64,000 bases of DNA from NCBI GenBank assembly GCA_038087875.1, contig CM075986.1, positions 33,356,001 to 33,420,000 of the forward strand, written 5' to 3'. The notes beneath the pieces are model-generated. The model made no database searches, was not told the DNA's origin, and saw nothing but the letters and a program-made list of their open reading frames with translations. The position numbers and the translations under genes were made by a program. The stretch is from Malacoraja senta. Taxonomy: Eukaryota. Below are positions 50,101 to 61,299 of the stretch, piece after piece. Within the stretch, counting starts at the first letter, position 1. The number at the start of each line of letters is the position of its first letter.

Positions 50101-53100
50101 GATCCTTTGTTTTGTAAAGAATAGCAATGGATTTAGATAATTTCCGTTTGATGTATTCTATATGTGGCTTCCAACAAAGTTTATGATCTATAATCAATCC
50201 CAGGAATTTTGTTTGATATACTCTTTCAATTTCATCTCCATTTAAATTCAATTTTATTTCACAATTAACCCTATCACCACCAAACACCATAAATTTTGTT
50301 TTATTTTCATTTAGGGATAATTTATTAATATCAAACCATTTTTTTAGCACTATCAATTCTCTTTCTGCTATTTTCAATAGTTCTTTTATATCATTCCCTG
50401 AACAAAATACATTTGTATCATCCGCAAACGTAACAAACTTCATCATATTGGATACTTTACAAATATAATTTAAATAAAGTATAAATAACTTAGGTCCCAG
50501 TACCGAACCTTGTGGAACACCACAGGTTACTCTTCTAAGCTGTGATTCAGTATTATTATTTTTTACATACTGAAACATGTTACTTAAATAACTTCCCAAC
50601 CAATTTTGTGTGACACCTCTTATACCATAACGTTCCAATTTCTGCAAAAGTAAGGAATGATCAATTGTATCAAATGCTTTACGTAAATCAATAAATACAC
50701 CCACAGTGTGTAGTTTCTTATCTATTGCTGTTGCTATATTTTCTACAAAATCCATCACCGCTAAAGATGTCGATCGATTACTCCTAAAGCCATATTGATG
50801 ATCACTCAATAACTCAAATTTCTCAATGAAGTCATCAAGTCTATTCACAAATAGCTTTTCAAGTATTTTAGAAAACTATATCTAACTCTCTTGAAAATAT
50901 CCAGCAATTTGGCCTCCATTGCCTTCTGTGGCAGAGAATACCACATATTCACAACTTTATGGGTGAAAAAGTTTTTCCTCATCTCAGTCCTAAATGGCCT
51001 ACCCCTTATTCTGAAACTCTGGTTCTAGACTCCCCGAACATCGGGAACATTTTTCCTGCATCTAGCCTGTCCAATCCCTGAAGAATTTTATATGTTTCTA
51101 TAAGATCCCCTCTCATCTTTCTAAATTCCAGTGAATATAAGCCCAGTCGACCCATTCTTTCATCATACGTCAGTCGCGCCATCCTGGGAATTAACCTGGT
51201 GAACCTATGCTGCACTCCCTCAATAGCAAGAATGTCCTTCCACAAATTAGGAGACCAAAACTGCACACAATAATACTCCAGGTGCGATCTCACCAGGGCC
51301 CTGTACAACTGCAGTAGGACCTCCTTGCTCATTTACTCAAATCCTCTCGGTAGGAAGGCCAAAATGCCATTAGCTTTCTTCACTGCCTGCTGTTCCTGGA
51401 TGCTTACTGTCAGTGATTGATGTACAGGGAAACCCAGGTCTCGCTGCACTTCCTCTTTTCCTCATCTGACACCATTCAGATAATAATCTGCCTTCCTGTT
51501 CTTGCCACCAAAGTAGACCAAAGTAGATAACCTCATATTTATCCACATTATACTGCATCTGCCATGCATCTGTCCACTCACCCAGCCTATCCAAGTCACC
51601 CTGCAGCCTCATAGCATCCTCCTCGCAGCTCACACTGCCACCCAGCTTTGTATCATCCGCAAACATGGAGATGTTACATTTGATTCCCTTGTCTACAATA
51701 CAATACAATACAATACCATTTATTGTCATTTGAAACTCAGATGAAGTTCAAACGAAATTTAGTTTCTGCAGTCATACAAACAAGTAAAAAGAACCAAGAC
51801 ACAACACAATTTACACAAACATCCATCACAGCGAATCGCCTCCTTGCTGTGATGGAAGGCAAAGTCTTATCTCTCCCCTGCACTCCCCATTCTCCTCCCG
51901 ATGTCAGAGTCAGAGCCCCCGGCGGGCGATGGAAAATAAGTCCCGCGGCCATTAAAGCCACGCCGGGCGATGCAAGGCCGCCCTCCGGGTCTTGATGTTG
52001 GAGCCCCGGCGGGCGCTAGCAAGTCCCGCGGCCATTAAAGCTGCGCCGGGCGATGTTAGACACAGCTCCAGGTCATCTTCAACCCCGCAACTCGGGCGGG
52101 AGAAGTTGCCGGTGCAGGAGCCCCGAAAAGCGGTCTCCCACCAGGGACCCGCGAGCTCCTGATGTCTCCGTCCACCAGACCTGCGGCTGGAGCCTCCGAA
52201 TCTCCGGGGTCGGGTCACAGCCGCGCGTCACCGCAGCTAAATCGTTAATATATAATTGTAAATAATTGGGGTCCCAGCACCATGCCTTGCGACACCCCAC
52301 TCGTCATTGCCTGCCATTCTGAATAGGACATGTTAATTCCTACTCTTTGCTTCCTGTCTGCCAACCAGTTTTCTATCCATGTCAGTACCCAACCCCCAAT
52401 ACCTTATGCTCTCATTTTGCACACGAATCTCGTGCGTGGGACCTTGTCAAAGGCTTTTTGAACGTCCAGATACACCACTGGCTCTCCCTTATCCATTCTA
52501 CTTGTTACATCCTCAAAAAATTCCAGAAGATTAGTCAAGTATGATTTCCCCTTCATAAATCCATGCTGACTGACCGATCCTGTCACTGCTTTCCAAATGC
52601 GCTGCTATTACATATTTAATAATTGACTCAAGCATCTTCCCCACTACCAATGTAAGGCTAACTGGTCTATAATTCCCTGTTTTCTCTCTCCCTCCTTTCT
52701 TAAAAAGTGGTGTTACATTAGCTACCCTCCAGTCCACAGGAACTGATCCAGAGCCTATAGAACATTGGAAAATGATCACGAATGCATCCACGATTTCTAG
52801 GGCCACCTCCTTGAGTACTCTGGGATGCAGACCATCAGGCCCTGGGGATTTATCGGCCTTCAGTCCCAACAGTTTACCCAACACCATTTCATGACTAATG
52901 TCAATTTCCTTCAGTTCCTCCATCTCGTAGATCGTCGGTCCCCTAGTATTTCTGGGAGATTGTTTGTGTTTTTCTTAGTGAAGACAGAACCAAAGTACTT
53001 GTTTAACTGGTCTACCATTTCCTTGTTTCCCATTATAAATTCATCTGTTTCTGACTGTGAGGGACCTACATTTGTCTTCACTAATCTTTTCCTCTTCACA

Positions 53101-53330
53101 TACGGAACAGTATCAAAAAATGTTTTTACGGTCAGTTTTTATATTCCCCGCAAGCTTTCTTTCATGCTCTATTTTTCCCTCTTAATTAACCCCTTTGTCC
53201 TCCTCTGTTGAATTCTAAATTTCCCCCAGTCCTCCGGTTTGCTGCTTCCTCTAGCCAATTTATACGCCTCTTCCTTGGATTTAACACTATCCCTAATTTT
53301 CCTCGTTAACCACGGTTGAGCCGCCTTCTT
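47140..53330 (-). mobile_element. Stack of nested CR1 LINE fragments
   Basis: Multiple RT pieces ([43 protein letters not shown]) at 47223-48850, 50880-51700 and 52240-53330. Confidence 0.85.
49350..50873 (-). mobile_element. AT-rich Crack/Daphne-like (CR1/L2 group) LINE, 5'-truncated, inserted in a CR1 3' end
   Basis: [49 protein letters not shown] and FADDTN motifs; (ttca)n tail; aactat duplicated at 49344-49349 and 50874-50879. Confidence 0.75.
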
Positions 53331-53899
53331 TGGTGATTAAAGGACATAGAACCAAGGTGGATAAATGGAGTTCAAACAAATCAGCAGAGAGTGGGGATGG
53401 GCTGGAGGGCTGAAGAACCATTTTACTGATCCTCTATGCATGGGACAAATTTGAACACAATCTCTGCGTGCAGCTGTTGATTTACCAGAAACACGTTTCA
53501 TATTTTGACTGTCGACGGGTGTGTGAAACTGGACAGTGATGTGGGGGCTATTTCCTTCACCTCCGATTTCCTGTAGGAGAAGGCAGCTTGTCTTAATCTG
53601 AACAGGGGGCCTCCCACAGGGAACAGACTTGCTAAAAAGAACAAACAGGCTGCTTGTCATATGGAAATATGTTTCTGACTTAAGGACCAACACCTATAAA
53701 CAATTCTTACGTTACTGAAAAGATAACCGACCAATAGGACTGAGTCTGAAGACAGAAGACGATGAAGAGATGTGCTTCATGCAAGCGTGGAGAACATCGG
53801 TCATTTTTAGAGAAACAACTTAGCATTTGGTCGGATTAAACATCATTTTCCATTTCTCTGCCCATTTCTGAGCTGATCTATACCCTCTATACTTTAGAG

Positions 53900-54700
53900 T
53901 GCATCTGCCCAGTTACCCAACCTATCCTAGTCACCCTGCAGCCTCATAGCAGACTCCTCGCAGATCTATACTTTAACATCCTTGCTCACTGTCCGCAGAT
54001 CCCTGCAGAACTCAGCTGGTCACAGACTACCAGTCTGAATAATGCCCTTCACCATAACCCTCTGTCTTCTATCAGTAAGCCTAAGTTGACCCAGACAACA
54101 AAATCACTGTGAATGCCGTGCATTTTGACCTTCTTGGTCAACCAAACATGGAGAACTTTCTCAAATGCCTTACTAAGGTCCATATAGACAACATCCACTG
54201 CCCTACCTTCATCGATCACCTTTATCACCTCCTCAAAAAAAACATTCAAGTTCGTAAGACATGATCTGCGGCGTACAAAGCCATGCTGATGGTCCCTAAC
54301 TAGCCCAATTGTCTTCCAAATGGTAGTAAATCCTATCCCAAAGATTCCTCTCCAATTGCTTCCCTACCACTGATGTGAGGCTCAACGGCAAAGCATACTT
54401 TGGAATACAAGTGGAACCAAAACATTCATACCCCGGGAGAAAAAAAATACTGAATGTCTAATGTATCCATGTCTTTCGTAAATTAGTATTGCCTGTGGAT
54501 ATGTCTAACTGCCTTTTAATCATTGCTGTCGTATCTGCTTCCACAACTTCCCCTGGTAATGCATTCCAGACATCAATGTTTTGTACAATCTTCATAGGCC
54601 TTATCTACTGTCATACGCCTGAGGACATCGAGCACCTCCATGTCCATAATATGCACCGTCCTCAAGACGTCTCCATTAACTGTCCCAAGTTCCTGTAAAC
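53900..54700 (-). mobile_element. Old CR1 fragments
   Basis: DEGRAVDVVYMDLSKAF.KV.H and VLRTVHI.D.EVLDVLRRM.VDK linker motifs. Confidence 0.65.
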
Positions 54701-56133
54701 GGACAAATGGCAATTTGAAGGGGTTGAAAGGGTAACAGGACATCTGTTTAGCTGCCATGGGAGTTGTATTGAGCTGTGTTTGTTGCTCTATGTCTGTTGG
54801 AGGTGCATGATTTAGAACTGTTGTGAGACCATTCTGAAGTAGAAACAGATGCTCCACAGAACGTCTCTCCCTGGGATTTCCTGTCATTTACCCGTCCAGC
54901 AGCACTTGGCTGCCCCCTTGACTGGGCAGCCTCCCGTTTCTCAGTACAACTGCTTCTCTTAGTGTTGCACTTCCTGTTCTTGAAAACTTGGATCAAAAGA
55001 CCCATGGCTGACACAGATCAAAGGGTTTTCTAACAGTAGTGATGGCACACCTGTCCAGTACTGAAACTCTGTTTTAATCTCTGGGAGAGAAAATTCCTCA
55101 TCAGTATATAATCTTTCTTCCACCCAATTAATTCTGGTTCACATTGATTCTTCTAAGGTTGGTGGAGGCAGAAGATTCTGCAAATTAGTTTTATCAATTC
55201 AGTCCCTTTCCCTCACTGCATGGGTTCTCTCAGTCAATCTCTCTCACAGTTTCTATGCAGCTTTCAGTCTCACTCTCTCTTTCTATCTCTCTCTTTCTCA
55301 GAGAGATATCTGTATACTGACCGGTGAACCTTACTCCCTCTCTCTCAGCTTGATATCTGTACAATGAGTTGGGAATCTGTGGAATTCTCTGCCACAGACA
55401 GCAGTGGAGGCCAATTCACTGGATGGTTTCATGAGGGAGTTAGATTTAGCTCTTAGTGCTAAAGGAATCAAGGGATATGAGGAAAAAGCAGGAACGAGGT
55501 ACTGATTTTAGATGATCTGCCATGATCAGAAGGGCCAAATGGCCCACTCCTGCACCTATTTTTCTATGTTTCTGTTCTACATTGACCGGTGTCTTCCAAT
55601 CCCTCTCTCTCTCATGCGGATATCTGTACACTGACCAGTGTCTGTGTTTGTGTTAAAGACTATCTTGTTCTGTGTTCTTTTTTTATTCGTATGGCTGTAA
55701 ATGTCTCTTGTCTTGTCTTGTCTCTCAGTCCCTCTTTCTTGGGATATTTGTACAGACAGCTCTCTCTCTCTCTCTCTCTCTCCCCCTCTCCCCCTCTCTC
55801 CCTCTCTCCCTCTCTCCCTCTCCCTTCTGTAAACAGATTGGTCTCCCTCATTCCCTTTCACTTGCGACATCTACACTGACCAGTGTCCTACTGTCAGGGG
55901 TATATCTGTTCACTCTTTCATGGGATATCTACAGTCTGACTCCATTACACTAGCCAAGCTCATCACCAAACTCGAGGGACTTGGAGTCAGTACTCACCTC
56001 TGCAACTGCATCATTGACTTCAGTTCAGTTCAGTTTAGTTTATTCTCATGTGTACCGAGGCACAGTGAAAAGCTTTTGTTGTGTGTTAATCTGTCAGCAG
56101 AAGGACAATGCATGATTACAATCAAGCCATTTA

Positions 56134-56990
56134 AGGGCCTGTCCCACTTAGGCGACTGCCTGCGACTGTCATAGTCGTAGCAGGTCGCTGAAAAACCGGC
56201 GACTGGACCCCCCTACAACAATGTCTACGACAAGCTACAACAACCTACCACCTAGTCGACGTCAAGCTAAGGCAAGCTACCGACAACCGGCGACCCAATC
56301 GTCGCCACTTAGGACGTTCACCTACGACAACCTACACCGCCACATACGACAATCTACGACTACACAGGCGACATCCTACGACAACCGAAGTCAACCGAAG
56401 TCCACTGGCGACAACTGAAGACAATTCATGTCATTTTGGCCTCCAAAACAATGGAATCAGCCAGTTTTCCTATAAAAAGGGATGTAGGGTTTCCAATCAT
56501 TCTGTATCATGACTACCATGGAGCAACATCTGAGTGCATTGATCTCACAAGAAGAAGCCCTGCTGCTTGCAGCAGCCCTCATGCTTAAAGATCAGCAAGA
56601 CAGAAGGACAAGAGGAATGGGGAAGAGGAAGCCCAAGAAGAGCTGTGCGTGGTTGAAGCCCTTGACCCTGTAGAGACCCAGGTTGGGCCAGTATGACAAC
56701 CTGATGACTGAGCTCCAGCAAGAAGATGAGGCTGCCTTCAGAAGATTCACTAGGCTCCCCCCTGAGCTGTTTCAGGAGCTGAAGACACTGGGTGGGCCCT
56801 CTCCTGGAGAAAAAGGAGACACTGTCGTAGCCTGGTGTAGCTAGTCGCGTCAACCGTTGCCGATGGTCGCCAGCTGCCGTAGGTTGTCGCCGGTATTATA
56901 ACATGTCGCCGGTATGGTCATACATTGTCGTAGATTGTCGCCGATATAGGCGTAGATGGACTTCATTCATAGCATCACGACTGGCTGTTG
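56134..56990 (+). mobile_element. Non-autonomous PIF/Harbinger derivative
   Basis: Starts TTA|AGGGCCTGTCCCACTTA, with subterminal (gtcg/cgac) repeats. The remnant W.KP....RPRLGQYDNLMTELQQEDEAAFRRFTRLPPELFQEL resembles a Harbinger transposase N-terminus. The right TIR was not found. A related TIR stub lies at ~32559-32580. Confidence 0.6.
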
Positions 56991-57202
56991 TAGCTTGACT
57001 TCTGTGCTCTATCTACCTCATTGGAGACCCTTGCACTATCTTTGATCGGAATTTACTGGTTTTATCTTGCACTGAACTTTATTCATGTTATTCCCTTCAT
57101 CATGTTTCTGTTCACTGTGGATGGCTCGATTGTAATCATGTATTGTATGTCTGTTGTCTGGTTAACACGCAACTAAAGCTTTTCACTGTACCTCGGTACA
57201 TT

Positions 57203-59232
57203 TCTGGGCATAATCCGGAAGATGCAGGATCATTTCATTCCAAAAAGGAAGAAAGATTCTAAGGGGAGTAGGAGGCAACTGTGACTGACAAGAGAAGTTA
57301 GGGATAGAATAAAACTAAAAGAAAAGATGTATAACACAGCAAAGAGTAGCCGGAAGCCAGAGGATTGGGAAACTTTCATAGGACAACAGAAGGAAACACT
57401 ACGGGCAATACGGGCTGAAAAGATGAAGTACGAGGGGAAGCTGGCCAGGAATATAAGGAAGGACAGTAAACGCTTCTTTAGATATGTTAAGGGAAAAAGA
57501 GTAGCAAAGTCAAATGTGGGTCCCTTGAAGGCAGACACGGGTGAAATTATTATGGGCAACAAGGAAATGGCTGAAGAGTTGAATAGGTACTTCGGATCTG
57601 TCTTCACTAAGGAAGACACAAACAATCTCCCAGATGTACTGGAGGGCAGAGGATCTAAGGGGGTAGAGGAACTGAAATAAATTTTCATTAGGCGAGAAAT
57701 AGTATTGGGTAGGCTAATGGGACTGAAGGATGATAAATCCCCTGGGCCTGATGGTCTGCATCCCAGGGTCCTCAAAGAGGTGGCTCTAGAAATAGTGGAC
57801 GCATTGGTGATCATTTTCCAATGTTCAATAGATTCAGGATCAGTTCCTGTGGATTGGAGGATAGCTAATGTTATCCCACTTTTCAAGAAAGGAGCGAGAG
57901 AGAAAACAGGGAATTACAGACCAGTTAGCCTGACTTAGGTGGTGGGAAAGATGCAGGAGTCAATTATTAAAGAGGTAATAATGGGGCATTTGGATAGCAG
58001 TAAAAGGATTAGTCCAAGTCAACATGGATTTATGAAAGGGAAATTTTTTGAAGATGTGACAAGTAAAATGGATTATGGGGTGCCAGTGGATGTAGTGTAT
58101 CTAGACTTTCAGAAAGCCTTTGATAAAGTCCCGCACGGGAGACAGGTGACTAAAATTAGAGCACATGGTATGGTGTTGACATGGATAGAAAATTGGTTGG
58201 CAGACCGGAAGCAAAGAATAGGAGTGAACGGGACCTTTTCAGAATGGCAGGCAGTGGCGAGTGGAGTTGGGGACGCAACTGTTTACCATATATATTAATG
58301 ATTTGGAAGAGGGAATTAGGAGCAACACTAGCAAGTTTGCAGATCAACTGTGAAGAGGATGTTAGGAGGTTGCAGGATGACCTGGACAGGTTGAGTGAGT
58401 GGGTAAATGCGTGGCATATGCAGTATAATATAGATAAATGTGAGGTTATCCACTTTGTTGACAAAAACAAGGGGGCAGATTATCATCTCAATGGGGTTAG
58501 GTTAGGTAAGGGGGAGGTACAGCGAGACCTGGGTGTCCTTGTTCACTGGTCACTGAAAGTTGGCGTGCAGGTACAGCAGGCAGTGAAGAAAGCTAATGGA
58601 ATGTTGGCCTTCATAACAAGAGGATTTCAGTGTAGGAGTAAAGAGGTTCTTCTGCAGTTGTATAGGGCTCTGGTGAGACCACGTCTGGAGTATTGTGTAC
58701 AGTTTTGGTCTCCTAATTTGAGGAAGGACATCCTTGTGATTGAGGCAGTGCAGTGTAGGTTCACAAGATTGATCCCTGGGATGGCGGGACTGTCATATGA
58801 GGAAAGATTGAAAAGACTAGGCTTGTATTCACTGGAGTTTAGAAGGATGAGGGGCAATCTTATAGAAACATATAAAATTATAAAAGGACTGGACAAGCTA
58901 GATGCAGGAAAAATGTTCCCAATGTTGGGCGAGTCCAGAACCAGGGGCCACAGCCTTAGAATAAAGGGGAGGCCATTTAAGACTGTGAGAACAAACTTTT
59001 TCACCCAGAGAGTTGTGAATTTGTGGAATTCCCTGCCACAGAGGGCAGTGGAGGCCAAATCACTGGATGGATTTAAGAGATTTGGATAGAGCTCTAGGGG
59101 CTAGTGGAGTCAAGGGATATGGGGAGGCACGGGTTATTGATAGGGGACGATCAGCCATGATCACAATGAATGGCGGTGCTGACTCGAAGGGCCGAATTGC
59201 CTCCTCCTGCACCTATTTACTATGTTTCTATG
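57203..59232 (+). mobile_element. CR1 LINE (internally deleted ORF2) ending about 540 bp upstream of the V leader
   Basis: ORFs 57327-57680, 57705-57938, 57939-58298 and 58181-59089; (ctatgttt) tail at ~59215-59232. Confidence 0.9.
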
Positions 59233-59673
59233 TGACAATAAACTCAACTCAAACTGACCGGTGTCTCTCAGTCCTCTCATTGATGTGAATATCTGTACAC
59301 TGACCTTAGCCCCTCTCTCCCAAGGGGATATCTACATTGACAGGTGTCCCCCTCTCTCAGGGGGATATCTGTACACCGACTTTTAACAGCCCCTCACTGG
59401 GGTATCTGAGTGTCCTCTTGCTCCACAAAGTGTTCAGCATTGTAATGAGTGGATGGAGCAGAGTGTGATCAATCTTTAATCCGGATCTCATCATTGCCCC
59501 TCCACCCGCCGCCTGTTGTGGAGACAAACATCTTTTGGGGAATTGAACTGGGTGCTGGGGGCAGTGACAGGAAGCCGCGCCTCTGGTGTCAGTGGGTGGG
59601 AACGTGTTCAAGCCGCGTCCCCCTCCCTCTCTCTCTCTCTCTCTCTCACTCACACACTCACAGCTCACTTCCC

Positions 59674-59681
59674 TATTTAAA
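59674..59681 (+). promoter_or_regulatory. TATA-like box of the V gene promoter
   Basis: TATTTAAA about 90 nt upstream of the first ATG (59770), preceded by ETS-like cacttccc and a (CT)n(CA)n tract. Confidence 0.5.
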
Positions 59682-59820
59682 CAGCGCTGACTGCGGCTCC
59701 CGACAAAGCCGGCCTGAGCTGAAGCCGCCCATTCCTGGAGTGTCCAAGTGTGTGTCAGTGCTCAGAGTGATGGGGGTCGCTGCTTATCCAGTGTCCAAGT
59801 GTGTGTCAGTGCTCAGAGTG

Positions 59821-59866
59821 ATGGGGGTCGCTGCTTATCTCTGTCTCCTTCTGTCCTGTCTGCCAG
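59821..59866 (+). CDS. Leader (signal peptide) exon of IgH-type V gene
   Basis: MGVAAYLCLLLSCLPG, phase-1 donor CAG|GTGGGT at 59867. The 101-bp intron ends at ttttctcttttattggcag (59967). An in-frame upstream ATG lies at 59770. Confidence 0.9.
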
Positions 59867-59967
59867 GTGGGTGTCACCCCCACTCGGGGCCGGGCTGCTT
59901 CTCGGACACTCTTTGACCTTCTGCCTCTCCAACTGTTTATTCAACTTGTTTTCTCTTTTATTGGCAG

Positions 59968-60259
59968 GCGTTCGATCCGCGGTCGTGGTGGATCAGATCC
60001 CGACCGTGGTGGCAAAGTCCGGAGGGTCCCTCAAACTGACCTGTGCAACCAGCGGGCTCAACCTCAACGCCAGCACCATGACCTGGGTGAAACAGGTCTC
60101 CGGGAAAGGGCTGGAGTGGGTGGCGAGGTGTTATAAAGGTGACAAACTGTACGCGCCTGCCTTCAGCGGCCGATTCGAGGTTTCCATCGACAGCAGCAAC
60201 CTCTATCTCCAAATGAACGGCCTGACACTGGGCGACACGGCCACCTATTACTGTACGAC
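59968..60259 (+). CDS. Germline IgH-type (VH) variable segment, intact
   Basis: GVRS|AVVVDQIPTVVAKSGGSLKLTC(22)ATSGLNLNASTMTW(36)VKQVSGKGLEWVARCYKGDKLYAPAFSGRFEVSIDSSNLYLQMNGLTLGDTATYYCT. Canonical C22, W36, GLEW and D.A.YYC are present and there are no stops. Confidence 0.95.
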
Positions 60260-60298
60260 CACAGTGAGAGGAAGCGGGGCCGGGCCGGTACAACAACC
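60260..60298 (+). other. 23-bp-spacer RSS of V
   Basis: CACAGTG (60260-66) + 23 nt + ACAACAACC (60290-98). Confidence 0.95.
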
Positions 60299-60497
60299 CA
60301 GGAGAGAGAGCGCCTGCCCTCAGCTCGGAGCCAAGCGCCGTGGGTGGAACTGGAGTCACGGGTCGATCAAGCCCGGTGTCCGTCTCTGAGACACGGTCAA
60401 TGGTTGGGAGAGAAGGAACATCGATGAACAGAGAGATCTTGGGCTTCTAGTTGACAGTCGGACGACTGGGCTCGGAGACAGTGTGAGAGGATGGGGG

Positions 60498-60562
60498 GGT
60501 TATTGTACTGCGGTGAATCACAGTGATACTAACCCACGGCGGCGGAGAGCTGAACAAAAACT
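60498..60562 (+). other. D segment (ATACTAACC, 60526-60534) flanked by two 12-bp-spacer RSSs
   Basis: GGTTATTGT-12-CACAGTG [D] CACGGCG-12-ACAAAAACT. Confidence 0.88.
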
Positions 60563-60888
60563 GCCCCCGACAAATGAGCGTCCGCAGCGCAGTCTGTCTC
60601 CACCCATTGTGTATTGCTGCTTCCCAGAGTCAAACCCCTGAATCCTGACTCGCACTGCAGGGAAGAAATGTCCATTTCTGGCCGGTTAAAAGCCCGAAAG
60701 GAGGTGATTGTGTTTGTGAGGGACGGCCAGAGCCGGTGGCAGCAGATGGCAAAAATGCCTCTTTTATTCACACCAGAGGTTGAACAAGGACGGAGATTGG
60801 GATGGAAATGCAGGAAGCGGCTGCTCCTGGTCCGGCCAGTGTTCACGTTGACACTTTGCTGAGATTATTGGATGTGGAGGGCGAGTGG

Positions 60889-60927
60889 AGTTATTGTACT
60901 GACTGAGTGGGAAGATGGAGCACTGTG
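60889..60927 (+). other. 23-bp-spacer RSS of J
   Basis: AGTTATTGT (60889-97) + 23 nt + CACTGTG (60921-27). Confidence 0.92.
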
Positions 60928-60970
60928 CTTGGGTACTGGGGTGCAGGAACCTCGCTGACAGTAACTTCAG
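60928..60970 (+). CDS. IgH-type J segment
   Basis: LGYWGAGTSLTVTS (WGxG motif), phase-1 donor CAG|GTAAGA at 60971. Confidence 0.93.
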
Positions 60971-61299
60971 GTAAGACCAATTCCTCAATTCCATTTTACC
61001 CAGTTGTGTTTTATTAATTTATGGTCTTTGCGAATTCTGTAATTGACCTGAACTCGGTGAGATATTTGGAACAATTGCACGGATTTCCCGGAGACAGATG
61101 GGTTTCTCCAGCGTTAGAATCTACCCAGCAACAGTACATTTCCCACCACGTTGAACTGCCCCACAGGCTGTTCTTACCCTGAGTCTCGCCATCATCTGCC
61201 TTCAGTCCATCTTGTGCATGCCGACCAAGCTGGCTTTCTGGCTCGTCCCATTGGCCACATATCCTTCTCATCCATATACCGGATTTGTTTGATAATCGG

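Noticed and set aside
54573-54887. ORF with a superficial TCR-alpha constant-like stretch (VHIMDMEVLDVLRRM)
   Set aside because: It matches the CR1 ORF2 linker preceding KVDKSPGPD and continues into CR1 RT remnants.
60700-60760. Possible second D segment (GGTGATTGT nonamer-like at 60703; gcaaaaatg at 60749)
   Set aside because: No CAC-type heptamer at 12 or 23 spacing from either motif; at most a decayed vestige.
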